A DNA stretch of 64,000 nucleotides from a bacterium (GTDB taxonomy: Bacteria > UBA8248 > JACPRG01 > G963555815), in the NCBI GenBank assembly GCA_965261595.1, contig CBDHDG010000002.1, positions 128,001-192,000 of the forward strand. The letters run 5' to 3'. Position numbers and translations under genes: made by a program. This document shows, one piece after another, positions 1-10,348 of this stretch; within the stretch, counting starts at the first letter, position 1; each line of letters opens with the position of its first letter. Below the pieces are notes generated by a model. That model was not told where the DNA came from. It searched no databases and worked only from the letters and a program-made list of their open reading frames with translations.

Positions 1-1050
1 GGCCTGACAAGGATCTCTTCGACGAAGCCGCCGAAGAAAATCCATGATCAATCCATCCCCGTTGCGCCGTTAATCGACAATAGGCCCCCGGGACCTCGAA
101 TTCGCAAATTCGCCGTCAACGGCACGGTTTCGATCCAGAGCGAGTTGAAGGGGGATCTCTATCTGGATAACAAGGAGCTTAGGATTCGCATCGAACCCAC
201 CGAGAGGGTGGACATCAGCGATCTCCCGGTCGGATGGCACGAGATTGTGGTTCGTGGGGGAGGTGTCAGCGCTTCTGAGAGTGTCAAGCTATTGGAAAAT
301 GAAGTCGTAGAAGTTTTGTTGAAACAATCTCTACCTGAAAACATTATCGATGAAAAAGATCGCGCCCCGATGGTGCTTGTCCCCGCGGGGGAATTTTTGA
401 TGGGAAGCGATAAGCTTGACTGGAATGTCAAGAAAAACGAGCGCCCCCACCGCCTGATTCACCTGGATGGTTTTTATATCAACAAGTATCCTGTGACGAA
501 CAGGCAGTATGTGAAATCTGTCAATGCCACAAAGCACAGGAAACCCCGTTTTTGGCGGGACCCTCAGGTGAACGGCCCCGATCAACCCGTCATCGGCGTG
601 ACTTGGACCGATGCACGCAGTTACTCCGAGTGGGCGGGGAAGCGTCTATGTACGGAGGCTGAGTGGGAGAAGGCGGCCCGCGGGACGGACGGCCGTTTAT
701 ATCCTTGAGGGAATGTCTGGGATCCCGCCAAGCTCATTTGGCGCAAAAACAGCCATGGCCGGCCGCATCCGGTGCGACGGAGCGATCTCACCCACCGCAG
801 TCCCTACAACGTTGTCGATATGGTGGGGAACGTCATGGAGTGGTGCCAAGACTTCTACAGCCTTGATTATTACCCCAATGCTCCGGAGCGGAATCCGAAA
901 GGACCGGAAGGGGGCTCTTGGCGCGTTTTGCGGGGCGGAGATTGTTCCATGGAAGATCCCAACCAATTCCGGGTCGCGAACCGGGAATCCGCCTTGGCGG
1001 ATTCCAAGGTCACCCTTGTCGGGTTTCGTTGCGCGAAGTCAGTCCCATAA
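1..1050 (+). pseudogene. FGE-sulfatase (SUMF1/EgtB/PvdO-like) domain protein, 5'-truncated by the window edge, with in-frame TGA at 706-708
   Basis: Frame open from base 1. Motifs MVLVPAGEFLMGS, PVTNRQY, RLCTEAEWEKAARG, DMVGNVMEW, RVLRGG and GFRCA. TGA sits at the Trp of YPWG and the frame continues to TAA at 1050. Confidence 0.75.
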
Positions 1051-1450
1051 ATTCTGAATCCCTGGGAGAATCAGGGGGACGCCATACTTATTTCTCCCGA
1101 TGCCCCTTTTTCGTCCCGGCTTCCGCCGTCGCGGGATACGCCCCGATGGGTCTTCAAGCTTGTCCAACAAACCCGTCATTTCCCAAGGGTCTGCGCAAGA
1201 GCATAAGGTCAGATTTGACAGTCTAACATTTTACAGAGATCCCGCAAGGTTTGAGAAAGATGAAAGCGATCAACAATTTCATTTTATAACCAAGCCGAAT
1301 TTCTCACCAACGTTAGAGCCCGAACGGGGTAGGTCGATTGAACCGGTTGGCTTTCAATCATTGACCCAACGGACGGGCGCCGACCAAGTTCGAGGATTGT
1401 CTTCCCCAGCCTCCCCCGCTCTAGGGTTTTGTTGGACACTCGATTGATCC

Positions 1451-1864
1451 ATGATTCATGGAGAAAGGGGTGTCGCGATGAACGAACAAAAGCAAGAGGG
1501 GGCTTTGGCGGAGGGCGCCCGCAGGGCGAACGGAGCCAAGGCCCCAGGGCATCGCAGTGAGCGGGGTCGGTTCTCCTGCCAGCGCAAGCGGGAGGCGGTC
1601 CTGCGTCTTTTGCGGGGCGAGAGCCTGGAGACGCTCTGCCGCGAGTTGGGCACGACAGCGGCTCGGCTTTCCGCCTGGCGCGAGGCGTTCCTTCGCGGGG
1701 GCGAGGCGGCGCTCAAAGCCCGCCCGGCGGATGAGCGGGCCGAGGAGAACGCCCGGCTCAAGGCCAAGGTGGGCGAACTCACGATGGAGGGCGAGGTCCT
1801 GCGGGAGAAGATCGACCGCCTGGAGGCCGGCCGCCCTTTAGCCGGCAGGAGGTGGAGGCGATGA
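1451..1864 (+). CDS. IS transposase OrfA (HTH)
   Basis: KREAVLRLLRGESLETLCRELG HTH followed by a coiled coil; ATGA overlap with OrfB. Confidence 0.85.
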   Translation: MIHGERGVAMNEQKQEGALAEGARRANGAKAPGHRSERGRFSCQRKREAVLRLLRGESLETLCRELGTTAARLSAWREAFLRGGEAALKARPADERAEENARLKAKVGELTMEGEVLREKIDRLEAGRPLAGRRWRR

Positions 1865-2769
1865 GTCAGGCCCGCTTCACCTCCACGGGCAGAGCCTACG
1901 GCCTGAAGCGGGTGTGCGCCCTTTGGGGCTTGGCGCGCTCCACGGTCTACGCGCAACGGCGGCGAGAGGCGGTCCCCGTTCATGAACGCCCCACGCCCAA
2001 TAAGCGCGGCCCTGTGGGCCCGTGCACCGATGCGGAACTCCTCGGCCACATCCGGCAGGTCCTGGAGGACTCTCCCTTCCATGGCGAGGGCTACCGCAAG
2101 GTGTGGGCGAGGCTGCGCTTCGCGGGCATCCGCACCAGCAAGGAGCGGGTGCGTCGCCTGATGCGGGAGGCGGGGCTTCAGGCCCCCCACCGGGTGGGCA
2201 AACCCCGAGGTCCCAAGGCCCACAACGGGACCATCCGCACCGAGCGGCCCGACCGAGTGTGGGGCACGGACATGACGACGACGGTGACCACCGAGGAGGG
2301 GATGGCCTCGGTGTTCGTGGCGGTGGATCACTGCTCGGTGGACTGCGTGGGGATCCATGCGGCCAAGAGCGGCAACCGCTTCGAGGCCCTGGAGCCGATC
2401 CGGCAGGGGGTCGCCGAGCGCTTCGCCGGCTTGGAGGCGGACGTCGCCGAGGGGCTTAAAGTTCGTCACGACCACGGCCCCGCCTATCTGTCCGATGACT
2501 TTCAGCGGGAGATCGCCTACCTGGGCATGACCAGTTCGCCCAGCTTCGTGCGGGCGCCCGAGGGAAATGGCTACTGTGAGTGGTTCATCCGCATCTTGAA
2601 GGAGAATCTCCTGTGGGTGCGCTCTTTCGCCACCGTAGAGGAACTGCGGTGGGCGCTGCTTGAGTTCAAGAACCTGTACAACCATCATTGGATTCTCGAG
2701 GGCTACGGCTACCGAACGCCGGCCCAGGCAAGGCAGGAAAAACTCGCTCAAGTTGCGGAGGCCGCATGA
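1861..2769 (+). CDS. IS transposase OrfB (DDE integrase core)
   Basis: WGTD...RHDHG...NGYCE catalytic motifs. Confidence 0.9.
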   Translation: MSQARFTSTGRAYGLKRVCALWGLARSTVYAQRRREAVPVHERPTPNKRGPVGPCTDAELLGHIRQVLEDSPFHGEGYRKVWARLRFAGIRTSKERVRRLMREAGLQAPHRVGKPRGPKAHNGTIRTERPDRVWGTDMTTTVTTEEGMASVFVAVDHCSVDCVGIHAAKSGNRFEALEPIRQGVAERFAGLEADVAEGLKVRHDHGPAYLSDDFQREIAYLGMTSSPSFVRAPEGNGYCEWFIRILKENLLWVRSFATVEELRWALLEFKNLYNHHWILEGYGYRTPAQARQEKLAQVAEAA

Positions 2770-3058
2770 GGTCGAATACCCTCACCCGAGTGTCCAATAA
2801 CCCAGGGGCGGTCCAAGCCTCTCGATTGCGCGGATGGTTCTGGAAAGAGACCCGGTAAATTGTGGTGCTTTCACGTCACATAGGGTGCGGTTCGGTGGGT
2901 GTTTCGTGGTAAAAATTACAGTGAAGTGGTCGGACGCTGCGGTGGTGCTGAAGGAATTCCGCAGGATCGCGCGGGGGGCCTCCTGAATCCGGGGGGGGGA
3001 GGGCGGGGGCGTTGTGTTTCAGGCCGTCCCAACCACATCGCATTGCTCTGGAGGGGTG

Positions 3059-3874
3059 ATGATCCGCAGGGAGTGGGAAGACGACTGGGTTCTTTTTCCC
3101 CAGCCGGAGCACGCCCGAATCTCCGGCGTCCTGGCCGAGGCCTGGGGCTCCAGCGATTTTTCCCGGCCCGAGCCGTGGGACGACGTTCTCCGGGCGACGT
3201 ACGAGCATGACGTCGGCTGGACGGATTGGGAGAAGGCGCCCACCCTCAACGCGGACCGCCTGCCCGCGCACTTCACCGAAACCCCCGTGGATGTGAATCT
3301 CGATATCTTTCGCGAGGGCGTCCAGAACGTCTACAGCCGGGGATATCCCCATGCCGCCGCCCTGGTCAGCCGACACGCGGGCAACGTCTACCGCGGGATC
3401 CTGCAGCGTGCGGGGGCCCGGCCTTTGTCGCCCGAGGAAGAGGACAAGATCAGGGCCTACGTCACCGAGCATGATGAACGGCAGGCCGAGATCTGCCGGG
3501 AGATCAACGAGGGGGCGGGGGGGGCGGGCAAGGATGAGGTCGTCACCCTGGAGGACGTGCATCGGAACGGCAGATTCGTGACCACGCTTGACACCTTCTC
3601 GCTCGTGCTTTGCAACGGCTGGACTCATCGGAAACGTTTGCAGGAGGCGCCGGTCGGCCCCTCGGAGGAAGACGGTTTCACGGACATCGCCCTGGATCTC
3701 ACGGACCCGTTCTCCCTCCGAGTCTCCCCCTGGCCGTTCTCCCGGGACTGCGTGGAGGCGACCGCGCGGGGCCGCCGCATCCCTCGAGAGCCGTTCGATT
3801 CCGATGAGGACCTCCACGCCGCTCTCCGGGACGCTCCGCTGTTCGAGATGACCTACCGTCTCATGCCCGGCTAG
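3059..3874 (+). CDS. DUF3891-like family protein
   Basis: MIRRE..QPEHARISG.LA..WG, HDVGW..WE and PWPF motifs; family assigned from memory. Confidence 0.7.
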   Translation: MIRREWEDDWVLFPQPEHARISGVLAEAWGSSDFSRPEPWDDVLRATYEHDVGWTDWEKAPTLNADRLPAHFTETPVDVNLDIFREGVQNVYSRGYPHAAALVSRHAGNVYRGILQRAGARPLSPEEEDKIRAYVTEHDERQAEICREINEGAGGAGKDEVVTLEDVHRNGRFVTTLDTFSLVLCNGWTHRKRLQEAPVGPSEEDGFTDIALDLTDPFSLRVSPWPFSRDCVEATARGRRIPREPFDSDEDLHAALRDAPLFEMTYRLMPG

Positions 3875-5569
3875 CCTGGATATCTCACAAAGAAAGAGAG
3901 CCAAGCCGGTTTTTTTCGGGTAAACTCTTTTTGATCAACGGGTTGCCCGAAGAAAGGAGACCGACTTGACTCGCACACAGTGTATCGCAGAACAGATGGA
4001 ATTCCAAGGGTTGGGTTCTCGGCGTGTGATCGCCACTTCCAACGGCGGGGCGATCACCTCTGATGCGGGCGGTCTTTTGCTACGCGACACCGAGGGGCGG
4101 GTGAAGCTGATCGCAGGCTTCGCGGCCTGTTTTGAGGACGGTCGGGACGCGAGGCGGGTGGAAGATGAGTTGTGGGCGTTGTTGCGGCAGCGGGTGTACG
4201 CGCTGGCGCTTGGCTATGAGGACGTCAATGACCACGAGCGGCTTCGCTTTGACCCGATGCTCCAGATCCTCTCGGGCAAGCTGGAGGCCACGCGGCGCAA
4301 GGGGGGTCCGGCCCTTGCGGGCAAGAGCACGCTGAACCGTTTGGAGCGTCTTGCGGGCGATGGCGATGAGCGCTACCACAAGATCGCCTACCGAGGCGAG
4401 GCGATCGACCGGCTGTTGGTGGAGGGCTTCCTTCGGTCGCAGAGGCGGGCGCCGGGTCGGATCGTTTTGGACATCGACGCCACCGACGACCCGGTGCACG
4501 GCTGTCAGGAGGGGCGTTTCTTCCACGGCTATCACGGTCATTACTGCTACCTTCCGCTTTACATCTTCTGCGGGGATTTCCTTTTGTGCGCTCGGCTTCG
4601 GCCCTCCAATATCGACGCCTCCTCGGGGGTGGTGGAGGAGTTGGAGCGGATCGTTGCCCAGATTCGGGCACGCTGGCCGCAGGTGTCGATCCTGCTTCGG
4701 GCGGATTCGGACTTCTCGCGCGAGTGGATCATGGCCTGGTGCGAGGCGCAGGGGGTGGATTACGTGTTCGGCCTGGCCAAGACCTCCCGGCTGCAGGAAG
4801 CGGTGAAGGACGAGCTGGCCGAAGCGAAGGCGCGTCATCAGAGCACGGGGAAGGGGGCGCGGTTATTCCGGTCGTTTCCTCACCGGACGCTTACATCCTG
4901 GAGCCGGGTGCGGCGGGTGGTTGCCAAGGCCGAGCACCTGGCCAAGGGCGCCAATCCGCGCTTCATCGTGACTTCGCTGGACGAGGAGGCGATCGACGCG
5001 AAGCCTCTGTACGAGCGCATCTACTGCGCCCGGGGGACGATGGAGAACCGGCTCAAGGAGCAGCAGCTCGACCTGTACGCGGACCGGACGTCGTGCACGC
5101 GGATGCGCTCCAATCAGTTGCGGCTCTACCTGTCGGCGGTGGCCTATGAACTGATGCATGCGTTGCGTCGGCTAGGCCTTCGGGGGACGGCGTTTGCAAA
5201 GGCAACGTGTGGAACGGTGCGGACGCGGCTGCTGAAGATCGGGGCGCAGGTTCGGGTGAGCGTGCGGCGAGTGCACGTGGCCCTTGCGACGGGTTATCCG
5301 TACATGAATGTGTTCTTCCACGCCTGGCGGAACCTGCGCGCGGGGCCGGAGGGAGAGCCCGCCGTCTAAGACAGATTGCAAAATGAACGCGCAGGGAGTC
5401 GAGGCAAACGTGCGTGCGGAGCCGAGCCAAATCGGCCAAAAAGCCCCTCTCACGGGTCAACTCCAACCACCCACCGGCCCTGGTTCCACCGTAAAAGCGA
5501 CAGACAGGAAAAAACACTCCAATTCACACCCGATAATCCATCCGCCGAGTGGGGGGTGAGAAATGCGGG
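3875..5569 (+). mobile_element. IS1380-family element
   Basis: Ends CCTGGATATCTCAC / GTGAGAAATGCGGG, CTAG TSD (3871-3874 and 5570-5573), single transposase. Confidence 0.9.
3966..5369 (+). CDS. IS1380-family transposase
   Basis: TSDAGGLLL, GYEDVNDH, LDIDATDDPVHG.QEG.FFHGY, LRADS and RGTMENRLKE motifs. Confidence 0.93.
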   Translation: MTRTQCIAEQMEFQGLGSRRVIATSNGGAITSDAGGLLLRDTEGRVKLIAGFAACFEDGRDARRVEDELWALLRQRVYALALGYEDVNDHERLRFDPMLQILSGKLEATRRKGGPALAGKSTLNRLERLAGDGDERYHKIAYRGEAIDRLLVEGFLRSQRRAPGRIVLDIDATDDPVHGCQEGRFFHGYHGHYCYLPLYIFCGDFLLCARLRPSNIDASSGVVEELERIVAQIRARWPQVSILLRADSDFSREWIMAWCEAQGVDYVFGLAKTSRLQEAVKDELAEAKARHQSTGKGARLFRSFPHRTLTSWSRVRRVVAKAEHLAKGANPRFIVTSLDEEAIDAKPLYERIYCARGTMENRLKEQQLDLYADRTSCTRMRSNQLRLYLSAVAYELMHALRRLGLRGTAFAKATCGTVRTRLLKIGAQVRVSVRRVHVALATGYPYMNVFFHAWRNLRAGPEGEPAV

Positions 5570-5642
5570 CTAGGCGGGATTTCTCATAAAGGGATTCTTC
5601 AATCTCGGATGGGCAGGTCACCCGTCCCCGCCCGAAAAAAGC

Positions 5643-5665
5643 GCCGGGCAGGATGCCCGGCCTAC
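5643..5665 (-). repeat. GTAG-type REP-like palindrome
   Basis: Minus strand reads GTAG-GCCGGGCATCCTGCCCGGC; related copy at 27354. Confidence 0.7.
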
Positions 5666-5698
5666 CCGTACGCAGAAGGTCTATCTCCTAACACCCCC

Positions 5699-6958
5699 TG
5701 GAGTTGACCCGGTTTGATGGACACCTGATGATTTGGGGGTAAAGGAGGTGTTCACGATGCCACAGACTCACCCACGCTATCCAATGGAGTTCCGCTGCCA
5801 GATGGTAGAGTTGGTCCGGGCGGGACGCACGCCCGAGGCGCTGGCGCACGAGTTCGAGCCCTCGGCGCAGACGATCCGCACCTGGGCCCATCAAGCCGAC
5901 GTTGACGAGGGGCGTCGCAAAGACGGGCTCACGAGCGATGAGCGGGAGGAGTTGCGCCGACTTCGCCGCGAGAACCGACAGCTCCGCCAGGAGCGGGAGA
6001 TCTTAGCAAAAGCCGCGGCCTGGTTTGCTCGGGATACCGATTCGATCCCGTCCGGATCTACGGGTTCGTGAGGGCGAACCAGGCCATGTATCGGACCGCC
6101 ACCATGTGCCGGGTGCTGGGCGTCTCCTCCAGCGGCTACTACGCGTGGCGCAGGCGCGCGCCGTGTGCCCGCTCGTGTGCCGATCGGGCGCTCACCAAAC
6201 GCATTCAGGCGATCCACGAGCGTTCTCGGGGGACTTACGGCGTGCCGCGCGTCCATGCCGAGTTGGAGGCTGAGGGAGTGCGTGTGGGCCGCAAGCGCGT
6301 CGCCAGGCTGATGCGTGGGGCGGGACTTGCGGGCGTCAGTCGGCGCAAGGGAGCGCGCACGACGCAGCGCCGGCAGGAGGCGCGGCCGGCCCCTGATCTG
6401 GTGGACCGCAACTTCACGGCCGAGGCCCCCGACCGGCTGTGGGTGGCCGACATCACCTACGTTCCGACATGGGCGGGGTTTTTGTATCTGGCCGTGGCGC
6501 TCGATGCGTTCAGCCGGCGCATCGTGGGGTGGTCGATGGCCACACACCTGCGGGCCGAGTTGGTGCTCGACGCGCTCGACATGGCGCTGTATAAGCGCCG
6601 TCCCCGGGCCGTCATCCACCACTCCGACCAGGGCACGCAGTACACCTCGGTCGCCTTTGGGCAGCGCTGCCGGCAGGCGGGCGGGCGTCCCTCCATGGGT
6701 TCGGTCGGGGACTGCTACGACAACGCGCTGTGTGAGAGTTTTTTCGCCACGCTGGAGTGCGATCTCCTCGCTCGCCACAGTTTCCGCACCCGGGCCGAGG
6801 CGCGCATGGAGGTGTTCGGGTTCATCGAGGGCTTCTACAACCCGCATCGTCGGCACTCCTCCATCGACAACCTGTCACCCGTTAACTACGAAAGGAGACA
6901 ACAACGCACACCCTGAAAACCCAAGTGCTTAACTCTCCACGAAACCGGGGTAAGTCCA
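5699..6958 (+). mobile_element. IS3-family element B, copy 1
   Basis: TG...CA ends with IRs TGGAGTTGACCCGGTTT / AAACCGGGGTAAGTCCA. Inverted copy at 42379-43641. No 3-bp TSD at this copy. Confidence 0.93.
5757..6916 (+). CDS. IS3 transposase OrfA (5757-6071) / OrfB (to 6916), probable -1 frameshift fusion
   Basis: OrfA HTH; AAAAG slippery motif in KAAAWFA; OrfB WVADITY, HHSDQG and CYDNALCESFF. Confidence 0.9.
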
Positions 6959-7592
6959 CCGGACCCGGATGCGGCCGCCGGGGATTTTTTGAATTTTAGT
7001 TGATTTCGTCTTAATTTCGTTTATATTCAAGAATAAAAACTCAATTTTCCAGTTGGGAGGATAATCCGTGAATGTCGCTTTCAAGAACGTCGAAGCCGAT
7101 TCCCCCCGACATGCGGGTCCGCGCCCCCTTACGGCCTTCCCCGATCCCGAGGGCGTCAGCGAATGAAAAAGTACGATCCAAAGCCAAAGGCGGAATCCAA
7201 ATAAGATCAAATGGGTTTGTATTTTGGAAGGAAGAAAAATAGGGTTTTTCGCTCAGATCGCAAGAACCGTGAAGTAAGGAGCGGCCCATGCGTCGAGAAT
7301 TGCGGGGCGAGATCCCTCGCTACGGTGTGTCCTCCGGCTTTTCAGTAGATCGTGCCCGTCGCTCGGGATGACAGATAGCTGGAAAGACACCCTATCGATC
7401 GGACGACGCAACTTAACTTATCAGGAAAGTGTGGGACTGGCGGCTGGTCCGCCAGCGCCGCCCCATTTTTGCCCCACAGGGTCTGATCGGCTGGACAAAA
7501 TGGACGCGGCGGACCCCCCTGGGACTTCCCGAATAACCTGCTAAACTATCCATCATGTAATTTTTTATTCCTGCCCTTGGGAGACGCGCCGC

Positions 7593-9461
7593 ATGTACGG
7601 TTACGCCGGGAAGATTCTCTACATTGACCTGACGGCGGGGAGGACCCGCGAGGAGGCGGTGGACGAAGGGGGGGGGGGAATGGCCCGCCGGTTCATCGGG
7701 GGCAACGGGTTCTGCGCCCGGCTTCTCTACGACTTGATCGGCCCCGATACGGACCCCCTCGGCCCGGAGAACGCCATCGCCTTCGCCGTCGGACCGCTCA
7801 CCGATACGGCGATCCCCAGCACGAGCCGGGCATGCGTCGCGACCAAGTCCCCCCTGAACGGCCTGTTCTTCGATTCCACGTTCGGCGGCTCGTGGCCCAC
7901 CAGCCTCAAGCGGACGGGCTATGACGCGTTCGTCGTCACGGGCCGGGCGGATGAGGCGGTCTATCTCTCCATCACCGACGAGTCGGTCGAGATCAAGCCC
8001 GCGAAAGATCTCTGGGGGAAGTGGATCCGCGAGACGTGCGACGCGGTCTGCGAGCGCGAGGGCGGAAAGGCCGACGTGATCGCCATCGGCCCGGCGGGGG
8101 AGAACCTCGTCCGGTACGCCGCCATGGCCCATACGTGGCGAAAGAGCCGGGACGGGATCGCCGGGCGGGGCGGGATGGGCGCGGTCATGGGCTCGAAAAA
8201 CCTCAAGGCCATCGCCATCCGGGGGCGGCGGAAGACCGAAGTGGCCGATCCCAAGGGATTGAAGGCGTTCGTTTCCGGCTCGACCGGGGATGTCCGGACG
8301 GGGACCAAGGCCCTCAACGTTTATGGGACCCCGGTCCTGGTCCGGATGGTCAACGAGCTGGGGGCGCTGGGGACGCGGAACCTCCAGACCGAGACCTTCG
8401 AGGACTGCCTGCCCATCAGCGGCGAGCAGATGAAGGAGGAGATCTGGGAAAAGGACACCACCTGCTTCAAGTGCCCCGTCGCCTGCGGAAAAAACTACAG
8501 CATGACGGAAGGCGAATTCGCCGGGACGGCGTGGAAGATGCCGGAGTTCGAGACGATCTTCGCCCTGGGGACGATGCTGGACCACCGCGACCCGGGCGCG
8601 CTCCTGAAGGCCAACCTCCTCGCGGACGAGCTGGGGATGGATACGATCTCCCTGGGCCTCACGATATCGTTCGCCTTCGAATGTTACGAGAAGGGATTTC
8701 TCAAGGAAGACGATGTGGGCTTCCCCCTGAATTGGGGCGATTACCGCGCGATGCTTCGGCTCGTCGAGGACACCGCCCACCGCCGGGGGTTCGGCGACCT
8801 CCTGGCCGAGGGCTCATGCCGGCTGGCCGAGCGGTGGGGGGGGGAGACGGAGGAATTCCTCTACGCCGCCAAGGGCCTCGAGCTCCCCGCCCACTCCGCC
8901 CGGGCGCTCAAGGGCATGAGCATCGGCTACGCCACCGGCACCCGGGGCGGCAGCCACCACGACACCCGCCCGACGCTCCAGTACGCCGGAGACTTCGATA
9001 ACCGCTCGGTCGAGGGAAAGCCGCTCTTCGCCGTCCGGACGCAAAACTTCACCGCCCTGGACGATTCCATCACCCAGTGCCGGTTCACGAGCGAGCGGGG
9101 GTACGGGGCGATGGTGAATGAGAACTACGCCCGGATGCTGGAGCTCGTCATGGGCTGGGACGTGACGGTGGATGAGCTGGAGCGGACGGGCGAGCGGATC
9201 TGCAACCTGGAGCGCGCCTTTCACGTGCGGGACGGGGTTCGGCGAAAGGACGATTCGCTCCCCCACCGCGTGCAACACGTCCCGATTCCGGAAGGTCCCC
9301 ACAAAGGGATGCACTGCCCGCCGGATGAGTTGTCGGCGATGCTGGATGAGTATTACGACCTCCGGGGCTGGGACGCCGACGGCGTCCCGACGGAAGAGAG
9401 GCTTCTTGCGCTGGACCTGGATTTCGTCGTCGAAGACCTCGCCGCGCGGAGTCGAGCGTAG
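7593..9461 (+). CDS. aor: Aldehyde ferredoxin oxidoreductase family (tungstoenzyme)
   Basis: MYGYAGKILYIDLT, KSPLNG, IGPAGEN, GRGGMGAVMGSKNLKA, CFKCPVAC, PEFET and DELGMDTIS. Confidence 0.93.
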   Translation: MYGYAGKILYIDLTAGRTREEAVDEGGGGMARRFIGGNGFCARLLYDLIGPDTDPLGPENAIAFAVGPLTDTAIPSTSRACVATKSPLNGLFFDSTFGGSWPTSLKRTGYDAFVVTGRADEAVYLSITDESVEIKPAKDLWGKWIRETCDAVCEREGGKADVIAIGPAGENLVRYAAMAHTWRKSRDGIAGRGGMGAVMGSKNLKAIAIRGRRKTEVADPKGLKAFVSGSTGDVRTGTKALNVYGTPVLVRMVNELGALGTRNLQTETFEDCLPISGEQMKEEIWEKDTTCFKCPVACGKNYSMTEGEFAGTAWKMPEFETIFALGTMLDHRDPGALLKANLLADELGMDTISLGLTISFAFECYEKGFLKEDDVGFPLNWGDYRAMLRLVEDTAHRRGFGDLLAEGSCRLAERWGGETEEFLYAAKGLELPAHSARALKGMSIGYATGTRGGSHHDTRPTLQYAGDFDNRSVEGKPLFAVRTQNFTALDDSITQCRFTSERGYGAMVNENYARMLELVMGWDVTVDELERTGERICNLERAFHVRDGVRRKDDSLPHRVQHVPIPEGPHKGMHCPPDELSAMLDEYYDLRGWDADGVPTEERLLALDLDFVVEDLAARSRA

Positions 9462-9473
9462 AGGCGCAAGATC

Positions 9474-9630
9474 CCAGGGGGGACATTTTGAAAACTGTCC
9501 CCCCTGGACCCCCCTCGAAAACTTTCGTTTCGCGAAAGAGGGCGGTCCCTTCAGGGACCGCCCTCTTTCGCAGGAAATCAGGGGGTATAGGAGGTTTTGT
9601 CTTCGTAGGGGCCGGGCTCCGTACCGGCCC
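9474..9630. repeat. Cluster of palindromes between convergent genes (possible bidirectional terminator / REP array)
   Basis: Hairpin CCAGGGGGGACA..TGTCCCCCTGG; perfect 18-bp stem at 9532-9571; GTAG-GGGCCGG..CCGGCCC at 9605-9630. Confidence 0.75.
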
Positions 9631-9704
9631 GTCACACTCGCATCGGGCAATGTTTGGAAAGGCAACCAGTTCGCCGGCCCGTCGCTTTGGTCCATGGGGG
9701 TTGC

Positions 9705-10193
9705 TTATTTCAAAGAAGCCACGCTGAAGATGACGCTGAACGATTTGCACCAGATGACGATGCTCCCCGACTTGGATAGGTCCGCGCTCGCCGGAATCGG
9801 ATAATTCTGGTTTCCGATGTTCCCCTTGAGGGGACCGAGGTCGACAAACCCCTTGTCCTTCACGTCCGCGCTTTTCCTGGGGTCGGGATGGGAGGCGAGG
9901 TAGACGCGCAGGTCCGGGCCGTTGGTGGATTTGAAGTTCTCCAGCCTCAAAAGGCGGGCGCCGTCGGCCAGGCGGTGGATGACCGCCTGCCCGCTCCCCT
10001 TGTGGAACGAGTCCCCGTTTCGGAAATTCCCGGACTTGAGCTTGGATGCGGACGCCGAGGTCCCGGCCTTGGGAAATGTTTCCTGGACCGTCCTGTCGAT
10101 AAAGAGCGGGGAGAACAGCCACCAGGCGATGGGCGCGCCGATGACAATGACAATCGCCCCGAGGATTTTCCATTTGGTCTTCATGCGGGCCAT
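9705..10193 (-). CDS. DM13 domain protein with N-terminal membrane anchor
   Basis: WWLFSPLFID, H.GSG.A, LRLENF.STNGPDL.VYL, LKGNIGNQNY and IWCKSFSVIF. Confidence 0.9.
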   Translation of the reverse strand: MARMKTKWKILGAIVIVIGAPIAWWLFSPLFIDRTVQETFPKAGTSASASKLKSGNFRNGDSFHKGSGQAVIHRLADGARLLRLENFKSTNGPDLRVYLASHPDPRKSADVKDKGFVDLGPLKGNIGNQNYPIPASADLSKSGSIVIWCKSFSVIFSVASLK

Positions 10194-10348
10194 GGTTCCA
10201 TCCTTTCGATTCGGTTGAGCCAATCGTTGGGATTCTCCCATTTCGGGTGCGCCGTTGCCGCAAGATGAATTATATGCCCGATTGGATGGGCCGGCTTCCT
10301 CTCTCTTCACGCCGCTCCCCGGCAGGCCCCGGCCGCGCCCGGAAACCG

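Larger units (their letters stand above)
1412..2815 (+). mobile_element. IS3-family-like element A, copy 1 (1404 bp)
   Basis: Imperfect terminal IRs (TCCCCCGCTCTAGGGTTTTGTTGGACACTC / GAGTGTCCAATAACCCAGGGGCGGTCCA), 4-bp TSD AGCC, near-identical copies at 45629 and 55804. Confidence 0.93.

Noticed and set aside
7068..7277. Small ORF with GGGAGG RBS and in-frame TGA at 7164 as a sixth selenoprotein
   Set aside because: No recognisable family, no Cys-type motif and no clear hairpin after the UGA.
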